A DNA stretch of 64,000 bases from Gemmatales bacterium. Lineage in GTDB: Bacteria > Planctomycetota > Planctomycetia > Gemmatales > HRBIN36. The position numbers and the translations under genes were made by a program. Position 1 is the stretch's first letter. Each line of letters begins with the position of its first letter. The notes below the pieces were generated by a model that searched no databases, had not been told where the DNA came from, and saw only the letters and a list, made by a program, of their open reading frames with translations. The stretch is from contig JANXCQ010000007.1 of the NCBI GenBank assembly GCA_025060195.1, positions 34,647 to 98,646 of the forward strand, in the 5' to 3' direction. Below, piece by piece: positions 44,693 through 55,520 of the stretch.

Positions 44693-47600
44693 TTACGGGC
44701 GGAAGCGGCGGGTGAAATCTTCGTAGGCGTCGCGCAGTTCGGGAGGCAGCACGGGACGGTCGTTGGCGTCTGTCGCGGCGGAACGATTGTCGCGTGTGGC
44801 CGCTCGACTGGGGCCGAGGGCTTGGCGTTGCCCGCGATTCATTTCCGCTTGAACGACTTCCGGCTTTTGCTGTAACAATCGCCGCAGTTCTTCGAGGTTT
44901 TTGACACCAAGGCGGTCCATGAGTTCGCGCGTGGGTTTGTCAATTTCACCGCGTTCTAGTTTCTTCCGAAGCGAATCGAGGGTCAGGTCGCCGGCTTCGT
45001 TGCTGAATTCTGGGTTGGGGTTCATGGGTTTTGTGGCGAGCGGTAAATCGCCGGCCTCGCCTTCCCGACGTAAACCGGGGTTAGCACCGCCTGGGCCTGA
45101 ACCGGGCTTGCCGACCTGCTGGTTATTTTCGGCCTGCGGGTTGCCACCCTGGTTATTGCCACCGCCTGAAGCATTGCTATCATTGTTTGATTGATTGGCC
45201 ATGGGGTTTTGGCCAGTGTTGCCGCCACCAGCATTACCAGAATTGTTTCCTGGTTGTTGGCCGTTTGCGTTCTGATTGCCCCCCGGCTGGTTTCCGGCGT
45301 TTTGATTGTTACCCTGTTGATTGCCGCCAGACTGATTCCCCGCTTGTTGGTTGCCTGCATTCTGGCTACCAGGTTGTTGTCCCTGGTTGGGTTGCTGACC
45401 TGGATTCATTTGACCCGGTTGTCCCATACCACTTTGTTGTTGGCCCCCCTGCTGGTTGGCTTGGGCCGTACCAGCTTGATTCCCGCTGCCGCTATTGCTG
45501 CTTTGCTGAGCCTGGGAACCGCCTTGCTGGCCCTGAGGGCTGGCATTACCTTGGTTATTGCCGCCCTGGTTGCACTGGCAGTCACCACCACCTTGCTGGT
45601 TCCCAGCCATGGGGTTCTTTGATTCCTCAGGCTTTTGTCCCGGCTTTATGCCGGCGTTAGCATCGGCGTTGGGTTTCTCCGGTTGGTTGCCTTGCGGATT
45701 GCCGGCTTGTGGATTGCCCGTCATGGGCTTATCGGGTGTTTGTCCTGCGTTGTTGCCGGCATTGGCATTAGCGTTGGGTTTCTCCGGTTGGTTGCCCTGC
45801 GGGTTGCCGGCTTGTGGATTACCCGTCATGGGCTTATCGGGCGTTTGCCCTGCGTTGTTGCCGGCGTTGGCATTGGCGTTGGGTTTCTCCGGTTGGTTGC
45901 CTTGCGGGGTCTGATTGCCGGGCTGTGGCTGGTTTTGATTTGATTTATTGACGTTATTGGGGTCAGGGGCGACTTTGTCGCCGAATTGGTTGCCGCCTGC
46001 TTGAGGGTTGGGCTTGCCTGCTTGGGAGTTGTTTGGTGGATTGGTCTTATTGCCTTGAGGCTGGTCGGGGTTGTTCCGATTGTCGCCTGCCTGGGGCGAG
46101 GTTTTGTCGGGGTTCTGGTTATCAGAATGTCCGGGGCCAGGTTCTGCTTGGTTAGGTTGCTGTTGACCAGAATTGGCAGCTTCGCCGCCTTGTGGTTTTT
46201 CCGGCTGGGGCTTACCTTGCTGTGCTTTATCTGCTTGGCCTGCGTTGGCTTGGTCGGACTTACGTTCTTCAGGGTTCGGTTTGCTCGGCTGTTGCTGCGT
46301 CTGGTCGGGGCGTTGATCTGCCGGGGCCTTTTCTGGTGTGTCTTGAGGCTTGGTGGTTTGGTTCTGGTTCTGGGGTTTTTCGGGTGAATTTTGCGACGAT
46401 AGCTCGTTTGGCTTCTCTTCCGGAGGCTGGTTCTTAGCGTCGGGCTTCTGCGGGTTCTCAGGGTTGGGCTTGTCGGGCGGATTCGGCTTATCGCCGCGAT
46501 TCGGTTTTTCAGCGGACTCGGGTTTTTCCGGCGGATTTTCCGGCTTAATCAATTCCAGGATGATTTCGCGTGAGCGTGCCAGGTTCGGTTCGGGGCGTTT
46601 GCAATCGGTAGCCTCGACCCAGAGGCGTAATTTGGTTCCCGCTCGTAATGCTATCGGGGCGGCGGAGGGTGCCTCGCGTGAATCGTTCACGACAACCGCC
46701 TTGCTCAGGTCCAGCGTGAGTTGGTACGTGGCCGGAATAATGGGGGTGAAGCCGTTGGCCTTCTGCAGTGGCCCTGTTTCGGCTTGTGGGTGAGCAATTC
46801 GCAACAGACGGCGATCCCCGTCCACTTCCTGGAGCACGAGCCAGACGCGGTCTACAGCGAAGTCGTCGTTGGCGGTGCCCTCGACGGGCACTGTGGCACC
46901 GACAGGCAGTTGTAGCGTTGGAGGCTCCTTTTTCTCGGCATCTGCTGGCGGCAGGGCGAGACGGTTCACTTGGTCGAGCGTAACGACGGGAGGTTGATCG
47001 GTGAGTAAACGCAGGTCATACCATTGCAGGCTGCCTGTCTGACCATGCTGGTTCCGAAGCCGAATGCCATAGCGAGCCTTGGGTAGCCATTTTTCTTCCA
47101 CTCGTAGTTTGGCGTCCAAAAATACTCGGTTGGGCTGGTGCTGGGGATCTCGTTCGGGCGCTTGAATGAGCGGGAGGATTTCTTGCCGCGCTGGCTCGCC
47201 GACTTCGAGTTCCAGTTCACCGCTGACCATGGGCTGGTCGCCATACACGGCCAATTCGATCTCGCTTCCCACTAAGGCTTCGATCGCCCCGACAGTTTGC
47301 TTTTTGGGTTCACGATTGGTATAACTGGGATAGTAAATGGTGATGTCGAAGTCGCGCACCTCCGGAGGATTGATGAGTTTTTCGACCAGGCGGTAGGTCC
47401 GCGATTGCCCATCGCCGCCGACGACGCGGAAGAACAGGCCGCTGGCCGGCAGGTCGCTGGCTCCGAGGGTGAATTTCCACTCGGTGTGTAAATCGTCGAT
47501 GGGCGCCATCGCCCGCCGATAGGGTTGTTCCCCTTCCTGGACCCAGGTGTCCAGCCAAACTTGTGGCGGACTGATTCCGTGAATTCGCACGTGCACGATG

Positions 47601-48316
47601 ACGGGCTGGCCACGCCTAACCAAAATTTCCATGACCGTCTGACGGTGCGGTTCCACGTAGGGACCATCCCGTTCGGGAGCTAATAATTCGAAGCGCGTGT
47701 TGGTCGGGATGGGTGTCTGCGCGAACGGCCACAAAGCCCGCGCCATTAGCGACATGAATTGCTCCCGCACTAACAAGGCAAATACCATCAGCACGACTAA
47801 GAGAGCCACCAACACGAAAAACCACCGCATGGCCTGAGTGTGAGGAGCGGCGGCTTCGGGATCCGTGTACTGCAAATCCTCTTGGGCTTCGCGCCGCAGA
47901 GCTTCGCGCAGCAGAGGCGAAAGTTGACGTTGCCGTAAATCGAGGTAGGCCGTTATGGCATGACGGGTAACCCGGGCGGATTTTTCCAAACGCCATGCCG
48001 CGTACAAAAGCGTTACTTTTTGCAAGGCGGGAGTTAGCAGGTAAAACCAAGCATACGCGGCGCTGCCCCATACCATGCCGGTGAACAAGAGTTGGCGGAT
48101 CAAACTGGGCAAGCCCGCTGGGCGCAGCGCTTGGTCTACGACCGCCACGGCTAACAAATAAGTCGCCCACATGACCGCCAGGACAAAACCGGCCTTGGCC
48201 AAATCCACCAGGCGAATCCGCTCGGCCGTGCGCTGCAACTCTCTGAGCAGATATTCCTCATTGCCCGGACCACGCGCTGGTCGGCGAACTGGTCCACCCC
48301 GGAGTGCGGTACTCAT
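44693..48316 (-). CDS. Large membrane protein with a huge Q/N/G/P-rich low-complexity region (possibly DUF4175-like, unverified).
   Basis: ATG 48316 has GGGAGAA upstream (track start GTG 48331). There are three or four N-terminal TM segments, a beta-rich middle, then about 500 aa of low complexity. The conserved-looking C-terminus ends PVLPPELRDAYEDFTRRFRP. Confidence 0.75.
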   Translation of the reverse strand: MSTALRGGPVRRPARGPGNEEYLLRELQRTAERIRLVDLAKAGFVLAVMWATYLLAVAVVDQALRPAGLPSLIRQLLFTGMVWGSAAYAWFYLLTPALQKVTLLYAAWRLEKSARVTRHAITAYLDLRQRQLSPLLREALRREAQEDLQYTDPEAAAPHTQAMRWFFVLVALLVVLMVFALLVREQFMSLMARALWPFAQTPIPTNTRFELLAPERDGPYVEPHRQTVMEILVRRGQPVIVHVRIHGISPPQVWLDTWVQEGEQPYRRAMAPIDDLHTEWKFTLGASDLPASGLFFRVVGGDGQSRTYRLVEKLINPPEVRDFDITIYYPSYTNREPKKQTVGAIEALVGSEIELAVYGDQPMVSGELELEVGEPARQEILPLIQAPERDPQHQPNRVFLDAKLRVEEKWLPKARYGIRLRNQHGQTGSLQWYDLRLLTDQPPVVTLDQVNRLALPPADAEKKEPPTLQLPVGATVPVEGTANDDFAVDRVWLVLQEVDGDRRLLRIAHPQAETGPLQKANGFTPIIPATYQLTLDLSKAVVVNDSREAPSAAPIALRAGTKLRLWVEATDCKRPEPNLARSREIILELIKPENPPEKPESAEKPNRGDKPNPPDKPNPENPQKPDAKNQPPEEKPNELSSQNSPEKPQNQNQTTKPQDTPEKAPADQRPDQTQQQPSKPNPEERKSDQANAGQADKAQQGKPQPEKPQGGEAANSGQQQPNQAEPGPGHSDNQNPDKTSPQAGDNRNNPDQPQGNKTNPPNNSQAGKPNPQAGGNQFGDKVAPDPNNVNKSNQNQPQPGNQTPQGNQPEKPNANANAGNNAGQTPDKPMTGNPQAGNPQGNQPEKPNANANAGNNAGQTPDKPMTGNPQAGNPQGNQPEKPNADANAGIKPGQKPEESKNPMAGNQQGGGDCQCNQGGNNQGNASPQGQQGGSQAQQSSNSGSGNQAGTAQANQQGGQQQSGMGQPGQMNPGQQPNQGQQPGSQNAGNQQAGNQSGGNQQGNNQNAGNQPGGNQNANGQQPGNNSGNAGGGNTGQNPMANQSNNDSNASGGGNNQGGNPQAENNQQVGKPGSGPGGANPGLRREGEAGDLPLATKPMNPNPEFSNEAGDLTLDSLRKKLERGEIDKPTRELMDRLGVKNLEELRRLLQQKPEVVQAEMNRGQRQALGPSRAATRDNRSAATDANDRPVLPPELRDAYEDFTRRFRP
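45640..45905 (-). repeat. About 2.5 copies of a 105-bp (35-aa) tandem repeat inside the low-complexity region.
   Basis: gcgttgggtttctccggttggttgcc recurs at 45666, 45771 and 45876. The encoded unit is GNQPEKPNANANAGNNAGQTPDKPMTGNPQAGNPQ, present as two identical copies plus one diverged copy. Confidence 0.85.
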
Positions 48317-48589
48317 GAGATGTTCTCCCACTTAGTCTAGTAGCGCTCGTCATTGATTCATTCTAGACATAAAACGGCCCATGTCTTGAGCCGATCGCCG
48401 ATTTTTGCGTCTTACAAAACTTTTACCGAGAATTCCCCGCCTCTTCCGTGCTAACAGGATACTTCCGTGCCCTACCATCCCTTCGGCCGCCTAGTTCCTA
48501 GTATAACTGGCAGCTAGGAGCAAAATCAAGATAAATTTTGACCCAGATGTCAGCCGGATGGGAAATGATCGTCGGGGACGTGGTGAGCT

Positions 48590-50047
48590 ATGCCATACGT
48601 CCGACTCACAATATATAGCCTAGGCTGCGCACTGGCTTTGGGCTGGGGACTGATTTGCCCAGCGCAGACGTTGGCCCAAACCCAGAGCAGACCGCCTAAT
48701 GTTATCCTGATTCTCGCCGACGATTTGGGTTACGGCGACTTGGGTTGCTACGGCCAGAAACACATCCGCACGCCCCATTTGGATCAGCTGGCCGCGGAGG
48801 GTTTACGTTTCACTCAGTTTTACGCGGGTTCTACGGTGTGCGCTCCGTCGCGATGTGTGCTGATGACTGGGCTGCACACGGGACATTGCTACATCCGCGG
48901 CAACGCTCGCTATGATTTGCGTCCGGAAGATCGCACTTTGGCCGAGATCCTCAAGTCTGCGGGTTACGCGACAGCGCACATCGGCAAGTGGGGACTTGGT
49001 CATGAAGGTTCGACGGGCATGCCCACGCGTAAGGGCTTCGATTATTTCTTCGGCTACCTGGATCAAGTGCATGCGCACAATTATTTTCCGACATTTCTCA
49101 TCCGCAATGAAGGGCGCGTCCGCTTAGACAACGTGGTCCGTCCCGAGGGAAAATATGGGGAGGGGATCGCTAGCGTACGGCGGCACTACAGCCACGATTT
49201 GTTTACCGACGAAGCGCTCCGCTGGATCACGCAGCATCGGGACAAACCGTTCTTCCTTTACCTGGGTTACACGATACCCCACGCCAATAACGAGGCGCTG
49301 AACCCGAAATACGTACCCTCGGCCGAGTCTCGGCCTACGCACGGAATGGAGGTGCCTGATTTCGGCATCTATAGAGATAAAAGCTGGCCTGAGAGCGAAA
49401 GGGCGTTCGCGGCCATGATTACGCGCCTTGATCACGATGTCGGTCGATTAGTCGCGCGATTGCGCGAGCTGGGTCTGGACAAGGACACGTTAGTTTTGTT
49501 CAGCTCCGATAACGGCCCGCACGCGGAAGGGGGGCACGACCCGAGTTTCTTTCAGTCCAGCGGCGGCTTACGCGGTGGGAAGCGCGATTTATATGAAGGG
49601 GGCATTCGCGTGCCTTTCATCGCTTGGTGGCCGGGAACCATACCTGCGGGAAAAGTCACGGCCCAAGTCGGCTGGTTCGCTGACCTGGTGCCCACGCTGG
49701 CCGAACTGGCTCGCGCTCAGGTACCGGAGCGGCTGGATGGTATCAGCTTGGTTCCGACTTTGCTGGGCCGGGAACATCGGCAACGGCAGCATCGCTACCT
49801 TTACTGGGAGTTTTACGAGCGAGGCGGCGCTCAAGCCATTCGCTGGGGTAAGTGGAAAGGGGTGTGCCGACCATTCTGGGGCCAGTTGGAACTTTATGAC
49901 CTAGAAAACGACCCCGCGGAAAGCCGGGACTTGGCCGACCGCCATCCCGACATCGTTGCTGAGCTGAGGCGCCTAATGAAAGAGGCCCATGAACCGTCAC
50001 CGCTTTGGCCCGTTCCCCAACCGAAACCTTCGCCGGGTCGGAGATGA
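48590..50047 (+). CDS. Secreted arylsulfatase (formylglycine-dependent sulfatase family).
   Basis: Signal peptide present. Also DDLGYGDLGCYG, the FGly motif CAPSRCVLMTG (CxPxR), and GKWGLGH. Confidence 0.9.
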   Translation: MPYVRLTIYSLGCALALGWGLICPAQTLAQTQSRPPNVILILADDLGYGDLGCYGQKHIRTPHLDQLAAEGLRFTQFYAGSTVCAPSRCVLMTGLHTGHCYIRGNARYDLRPEDRTLAEILKSAGYATAHIGKWGLGHEGSTGMPTRKGFDYFFGYLDQVHAHNYFPTFLIRNEGRVRLDNVVRPEGKYGEGIASVRRHYSHDLFTDEALRWITQHRDKPFFLYLGYTIPHANNEALNPKYVPSAESRPTHGMEVPDFGIYRDKSWPESERAFAAMITRLDHDVGRLVARLRELGLDKDTLVLFSSDNGPHAEGGHDPSFFQSSGGLRGGKRDLYEGGIRVPFIAWWPGTIPAGKVTAQVGWFADLVPTLAELARAQVPERLDGISLVPTLLGREHRQRQHRYLYWEFYERGGAQAIRWGKWKGVCRPFWGQLELYDLENDPAESRDLADRHPDIVAELRRLMKEAHEPSPLWPVPQPKPSPGRR

Positions 50048-50511
50048 CCATGTCTGCGCGAACAGCTGCGTTCTTGGCCAACGTGATTTTGCTGGTGCAT
50101 TTCGCTTTGGTGGCCTTCGTCGTGGCTGGTTTGTTATTGACTTTACTGGGCGGTTGTTGTCGCTGGAGTTGGGTGCGCAACTTCTGGTTTCGTGCTACCC
50201 ATTTAGCGCTCGTGGTGGTCATTGTTTTGGAAGCGATCTTTGGGATCGTGTGTCCGTTGACGACTTGGGAGAGTCAACTGCGGGCCTTGGCTGGCGACGA
50301 AGGAGTCGTCGAGCTGGAGCGGCAGGGCTTCATCATTTACTATGCTCGGAAAATCCTGTTTTTCCCGGATGAGTTGGCGTGGGACGCGCAAACGCTGATG
50401 TGGATATATATCGGTTTCGGCGCGGTGGTGGTGCTCTCGGTGGTGCTGGTTCCGCCGCGTTGGCCCGAAGGTTGGCGCCGCCGAGTTCCGCCCGTCAGCT
50501 CACCAGTTTGA
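50044..50511 (+). CDS. DUF2784-like small membrane protein.
   Basis: ATG 50044 overlaps the sulfatase stop (ATGA). LLVHFALVAFVVAGLLL...THLALVVVIVLEAIFGIVCPLTTWE. The family call is from recall. Confidence 0.6.
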   Translation: MTMSARTAAFLANVILLVHFALVAFVVAGLLLTLLGGCCRWSWVRNFWFRATHLALVVVIVLEAIFGIVCPLTTWESQLRALAGDEGVVELERQGFIIYYARKILFFPDELAWDAQTLMWIYIGFGAVVVLSVVLVPPRWPEGWRRRVPPVSSPV

Positions 50512-50605
50512 CGTCGGGGAAACCTCATTAGCAGGGAAAACTTTTTAGGCACAGGAACGCAGTGGCCTCCCGTGTCCCTGCGGCCTAGTTTAACCGCAGA
50601 ATCCT

Positions 50606-53600
50606 TTGAGCATTAGGATGGTTGGGTCGCTCATGTCTCAGGCTACAACGTCTGCTGCCAATGCTGCCCGAACGTTTCGTCGCCACGAATGGGCTGGACT
50701 GATCGGCTTGCTACTGGTCGGCTTGGTGTTGGCATTGTTCGCGAGCTGGGCCGTCAGGAATCAGGAGCGGCGCCAGTTTTGGCAGGAGTTTGAGCAAAGA
50801 TGTCAGCGTTGGCAAGCGCCCATTCAGGAAAAACTTGACGATTGTCTGGGGATGCTGCAAGCCCTGCAGGATTTTTACGCTGCTTCTGACGTAGTGGATG
50901 CCCAGGAATTCCATTTATTTCTTCGCCGTTTCTTCGAACGCAATCCCTATGTCAACCTAGTTGCTTGGGTGCCAAAACTGTCTGCGGCCCAGTGGAGTGA
51001 TTGGCAGCGCCGTGCGATCGAGGTCTTATACCTTCCGAACACATACCAATTACGGGACCTACACGGCCGAGCGTATGAACCAAGCGATCCTCAGGAAGAA
51101 ATCTGGCCCATTACGTTCGTGGAACCACAATTCCAGGTAGAAGGTTGGCTCGGCTGCAATCTCGCCGGTCACCCGGATTGGCCCAACCTTATGGGTTCGT
51201 TGCAACATTGCTCGGCACCGGTGTTGTGGACAAGTTGGCCGTTACGTCACTCTGACGATTCGCCGCGCGGTCTCGTTTTCGCCATAACCATTCTTCGCGG
51301 AGGTAAGGAAGTTTCGGCCCCTCCAGCCTCACAGGGAGTAGCCCTCATGGTGCTGGATTTGTCCAGCTTCCTAGACCAATACCTGGAAAGCGCCGTGCCG
51401 CCGAGCGTCGAGGTGGCCTTATGGGCCGAAAGCAATAACACTCCCTCCGCCTCCGTCGTTTTGCACCACCGACGGGCTCGCGACGGATCTCCGCTGGAGC
51501 AGCAACGGGTGCGGCAGTGTCTGGATGCTCCAGGAGAGCTCCGACTCGTATTCACGCCCACTACTGCTTATACCCATGGATTCACACCTTGGATCTCCTG
51601 GATAACATTAGCCGGCTGTCTGGCTCTAGCAGGGGTGATGGAGTTGGCTGCGATGGCGGGGTTCCGTCGGCGTCATCGCTTGGAGGCCCTGATCAACAAA
51701 CGAACTGCCGAGTTGCAGCAAGCTAATCGCGAGCTGTCAGAGGAGGTGCGCCGTCGCACTCAGATTGCCGACGAACTGTTTCGGCACCAGCAATTGTTAC
51801 AGGGGATCGTGGAGAATTCGCCGGCCGTCATTTACGCCAAGGATCGCGAGGGGCGATACCTGTTCGTTAACTGGTACTACAGTCAGCTTATCGGGGTGCG
51901 GCCACAGGATATAGTAGGTCGCACCGATTTCGACATTTTTCCGGGCGAGTTTGCGCAACGCTTTCAGGAGCATGATCGCTACGTGCTAGCTCGTGGCCAG
52001 GCTATGGTCTTCGAGGAGACTGCGCCACACGATGATGGCGTTCATACTTACGTGTCGGTAAAGTTTCCTATTCGCGACCAGCAAGGTCAGCCTTATGCGG
52101 TATGCAGTATCTCTACGGACATTACGGAGCGGAAACGTGCAGAAATGGCTCTGCGTGATTCGGAAGCGCTATACCATTCGCTGGTGGAATGTGTGCCCTT
52201 GTGCATCCTGCGCAAAGATCGCGAAGGCCGTTTCACCTTCGCCAATCAGAAGTTCTGCCAGATGATGCGTTTGCCCGCCGACCAAATCCTGGGCAAGACC
52301 GATTACGACTTTTTCCCCCGACACTTGGCCGACAAATATCGCAACGATGATCGGCGCGTGCTGGAACGCGGCGAAATCTTCGAGGACATCGAAGAACATC
52401 AGACGCCTGCGGGAGAGAAGTTGTATGTCCAAGTGATTAAGTCGCCGGTACGCGACGCAGCAGGGAACATCGTCGAAGTGCAATGTATGTTTATGGATGT
52501 CACCGAGCGAAAACGCGCGGAACAGGAACTGCAGCGAGCCCGCGAGGCGGCCGAGGCGGCGAACCGGGCTAAGAGTGATTTCTTGGCCAACATGAGCCAT
52601 GAAATCCGCACCCCGCTCAACGCGGTCATCGGCTTGACGGAGTTGCTCCTGCAAACGCCCATCAATGAGCTGCAGCGCGATTACCTGCAGATGATCCTCG
52701 AATCGGGCGAGTTGCTCTTAGCGCTCATCAACGACGTGCTGGATTTCTCCAAGATTGAGGCGGGAAAACTTGAACTGGAGCGGCGTCCGTTTGAGTTGCG
52801 GGAGCAGGTCGGCGATACCGTGAAACTCCTGGCAGCGCGGGCCGGTCAAAAGGGACTGGAATTGGCCCTCGACATTGCCGCGGACGTCCCGGAAACTGTG
52901 GTCGGTGATCCGGGACGACTACGCCAGGTGTTACTCAATCTCCTGAGTAATGCCATCAAGTTCACCGACCAGGGCGAGGTGGTCGTGACCGTACGGTGTC
53001 AGGAACGCCAGGAAGATCAGGTAGTGCTCTTATTCAGCGTCCGGGACACCGGCATCGGGATTCCCCACGAGAAGCAGGAACGTATCTTTCAGGCTTTCGA
53101 GCAGGTGGACACCTCGACGACGCGACGCTACGGGGGAACCGGTTTGGGACTGGCGATTGCTTCCCGGTTAGTGGACCTAATGGGAGGTCGCATCTGGGTG
53201 GAAAGCGAGCCTGGGCAGGGTAGCACCTTCTATTTCACGGCGCGGCTGGGGGTGAGCAGGACCCCGGATGAAGCGGAGCGACGCCAACGTCTCGCGGACT
53301 TGCGCGGCTTACGGGTGCTGGTGGTGGACGACAACGCGACGAATCGCGCCATCCTGCAAGCGATGCTGGAAAGCTGGCAGATGCATCCCGTGGCGGTGGC
53401 GGATGCAGAAGCAGCTCTGGCTCAGCTGGCGCGGGCCCGTCAAACCCGCCAGCCCTTTGATCTGGTTATTACTGATGCAGTGATGCCCGAATGCGATGGC
53501 TTTCAACTGGTCGAGGAGATTCGCCGACAGGAAACTTCGCCCCCGGCGATTCTGCTGCTCACATCCATAGACGATCCCGACATGTTGGCACGGTGCCAAG

Positions 53601-54559
53601 AACTGCGCCTGCCCCGCTATTTGATCAAGCCCGTTAAACACTCCGAGTTATTAGAAACCATCGAGCAAATGCTGCGTCCCCTGCCAGAGGGACCGATGCG
53701 CCCTGGCAGAAGGGGGGAAGAGAAAAGTCTGGGGGGCGTACCAGCTACCGGGCGCGCTTTGCGAATTCTTCTGGTAGAAGACAGCCTGGTGAATCAGCGT
53801 CTGATGGTGGGTTTACTGGGCGGCTGGGGACACGAAGTGACCGTCGCGGAGAATGGCCCCCAAGCGCTGCAAAGGTTTGCTCAGGAGCATTTCGATCTCA
53901 TCCTCATGGACATTCAGATGCCAGGCATGGACGGCTATGAGGTGATGCGCCGGATTCGAGCCATGGAACAACACCGCGGTGGTCACGTCCCAATCTTGGC
54001 CATCACCGCTCGGGCGATGCGCGATGATCAGCGAAAGTGCCAGGAGGCGGGGGCGGACGGCTACTTGGCCAAACCGATTCGCGCCGCAGAATTGGCCCGT
54101 GAGATGGAACGCGTGTTGCAATTAGCTGCGACCGCGAATCTAGCACCTGAGGCGCAACCCAGCCCCGAGCAAGCGAGCCAAGCGAGCAGTCAGGAGCCGA
54201 AGGTGCATTGGGACGAGGCATTGTCGGCGACGCGGGGCGATTGGGGACTGTTACGGCAGGTGGTTGAGGCTTTTCTCGGCGAAGCGCCGCGTCTCCTGGA
54301 GCAGGGTCAGGTCGCTCTCGTGCAACGCGACGCGGCGACTCTAAAACGCGTGGCCCACACCTTAGCCGGCAACCTGCGCCTATTAGGAGTACCCAGTCTT
54401 GCTGAGGTGGCGCGAAAGGTTCAGGACGCGGCCCAACAGCAAAACTGGTCTCAGGCAGAGGTTGCCCTCGGCCAGTTGCGCGATCTGTTAGAGCCCACTT
54501 TAGCCGAGTTAGGCCAAATCCCCGTGCCGAGTTCTAGCGAAGTCTGCAACTTCAGCTAA
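50606..54559 (+). CDS. Hybrid sensor histidine kinase: CHASE-TM-PAS-PAS-HisKA-HATPase-REC-REC-HPt.
   Basis: The periplasmic block has the CHASE-like [34 protein letters not shown]. There are two PAS domains. H-box [15 protein letters not shown]2 GGTGLGLAI. The two receivers contain [12 protein letters not shown] and [13 protein letters not shown]. The C-terminal HPt contains HTLAGN. The start is uncertain: TTG 50606, ATG 50618 or ATG 50633. Confidence 0.9.
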   Translation: MSIRMVGSLMSQATTSAANAARTFRRHEWAGLIGLLLVGLVLALFASWAVRNQERRQFWQEFEQRCQRWQAPIQEKLDDCLGMLQALQDFYAASDVVDAQEFHLFLRRFFERNPYVNLVAWVPKLSAAQWSDWQRRAIEVLYLPNTYQLRDLHGRAYEPSDPQEEIWPITFVEPQFQVEGWLGCNLAGHPDWPNLMGSLQHCSAPVLWTSWPLRHSDDSPRGLVFAITILRGGKEVSAPPASQGVALMVLDLSSFLDQYLESAVPPSVEVALWAESNNTPSASVVLHHRRARDGSPLEQQRVRQCLDAPGELRLVFTPTTAYTHGFTPWISWITLAGCLALAGVMELAAMAGFRRRHRLEALINKRTAELQQANRELSEEVRRRTQIADELFRHQQLLQGIVENSPAVIYAKDREGRYLFVNWYYSQLIGVRPQDIVGRTDFDIFPGEFAQRFQEHDRYVLARGQAMVFEETAPHDDGVHTYVSVKFPIRDQQGQPYAVCSISTDITERKRAEMALRDSEALYHSLVECVPLCILRKDREGRFTFANQKFCQMMRLPADQILGKTDYDFFPRHLADKYRNDDRRVLERGEIFEDIEEHQTPAGEKLYVQVIKSPVRDAAGNIVEVQCMFMDVTERKRAEQELQRAREAAEAANRAKSDFLANMSHEIRTPLNAVIGLTELLLQTPINELQRDYLQMILESGELLLALINDVLDFSKIEAGKLELERRPFELREQVGDTVKLLAARAGQKGLELALDIAADVPETVVGDPGRLRQVLLNLLSNAIKFTDQGEVVVTVRCQERQEDQVVLLFSVRDTGIGIPHEKQERIFQAFEQVDTSTTRRYGGTGLGLAIASRLVDLMGGRIWVESEPGQGSTFYFTARLGVSRTPDEAERRQRLADLRGLRVLVVDDNATNRAILQAMLESWQMHPVAVADAEAALAQLARARQTRQPFDLVITDAVMPECDGFQLVEEIRRQETSPPAILLLTSIDDPDMLARCQELRLPRYLIKPVKHSELLETIEQMLRPLPEGPMRPGRRGEEKSLGGVPATGRALRILLVEDSLVNQRLMVGLLGGWGHEVTVAENGPQALQRFAQEHFDLILMDIQMPGMDGYEVMRRIRAMEQHRGGHVPILAITARAMRDDQRKCQEAGADGYLAKPIRAAELAREMERVLQLAATANLAPEAQPSPEQASQASSQEPKVHWDEALSATRGDWGLLRQVVEAFLGEAPRLLEQGQVALVQRDAATLKRVAHTLAGNLRLLGVPSLAEVARKVQDAAQQQNWSQAEVALGQLRDLLEPTLAELGQIPVPSSSEVCNFS

Positions 54560-54620
54560 AATGATCTCTCAACTCACGGCTAAGGAATCACAAGGCCTGT
54601 AGCGCACGGAGAGGACACCT

Positions 54621-55520
54621 ATGACGACCATCCTCGTGGTGGATGATGCTTTAGCCGATCGAGTGTTGGCCCAAGGCTTGTTGCAAAAAGAGCTGGATTG
54701 CCAAGTTGTCCAAGCGGCTAGCGGCCGCGAAGCGGTTGAGTACCTCAAGCAGCAAGCCCCTCACCTAATCGTAACAGATTTACTGATGCCCGACATGAAC
54801 GGCTTTGCGCTAGTGGATTATGTTCGTCGGCATCATCCCGCGGTGCCCGTGATAATTATGACGGCGCACGGCAGTGAGGAAATCGCTATTCAAGCTTTGC
54901 GTCGGGGGGCTGCCAGTTACGTGCCTAAGCGTTTGTTGGCTCGGGATTTGGTGGAGACGGTGCAGAATGTGCTCTCACTGGCCAGTGCCAAGCGCGAACA
55001 AGAGCGCTTGTTTACCGAGGGATGGGTGTCCTCAACCACACGCTTCCGTTTATCGAACGACGTCACTCTGATTCCGCCGCTCATCGAGTTCGTCAACCAG
55101 AACCTGAGTCGGTTCCGCTTCTGTGATGAAACAGGACTGATTCAGGTGGCCGTGGCCCTGCGTGAAGCGCTGGTCAACGCGATTTATCACGGTAACTTGG
55201 AAGTCAGCTCGGAAATATACGAGCAAGATGAAAACGCCTATTATCGGCTCATTGAAGAACGCCGACGGCAGGAACCATATTGCCACCGTGTTGTGGAGTT
55301 TATCGCCGAGGAGAGTCCTAAGGAAGCTCGTTACACGGTGCGCGACCAAGGACCGGGCTTCGACCCGCGTCGCATCCCTGATCCGACAGACCCCTCAAAC
55401 TTAGAGCGCACCTGCGGTCGCGGCTTGCTCTTGATTCGGACGTTTATGGACGAAGTATATCACAACGAAAAAGGTAACGAAATCGTCATGGTCAAGCGGC
55501 GCGAGTCATCGCGCAGTTGA
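54621..55520 (+). CDS. Response-regulator receiver fused to an RsbW/SpoIIAB-like (HATPase_c_2) serine-kinase/anti-sigma domain.
   Basis: REC: ILVVDDALAD...LIVTDLLMPDMNG...SYVPK. C-terminal half: ALREALVNAIYHGN, VRDQGPGFD, GRGLLLIRTFMDEV. Confidence 0.8.
   Translation: MTTILVVDDALADRVLAQGLLQKELDCQVVQAASGREAVEYLKQQAPHLIVTDLLMPDMNGFALVDYVRRHHPAVPVIIMTAHGSEEIAIQALRRGAASYVPKRLLARDLVETVQNVLSLASAKREQERLFTEGWVSSTTRFRLSNDVTLIPPLIEFVNQNLSRFRFCDETGLIQVAVALREALVNAIYHGNLEVSSEIYEQDENAYYRLIEERRRQEPYCHRVVEFIAEESPKEARYTVRDQGPGFDPRRIPDPTDPSNLERTCGRGLLLIRTFMDEVYHNEKGNEIVMVKRRESSRS

Noticed and set aside
44901-46983. A series of plus-strand ORFs (81-157 aa) rich in G/L/V/C/W, opposite the low-complexity gene.
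   Set aside because: They are mirror images of the Q/N/P/G codon repeats on the minus strand. Their periodicity simply copies the 105-bp repeat.
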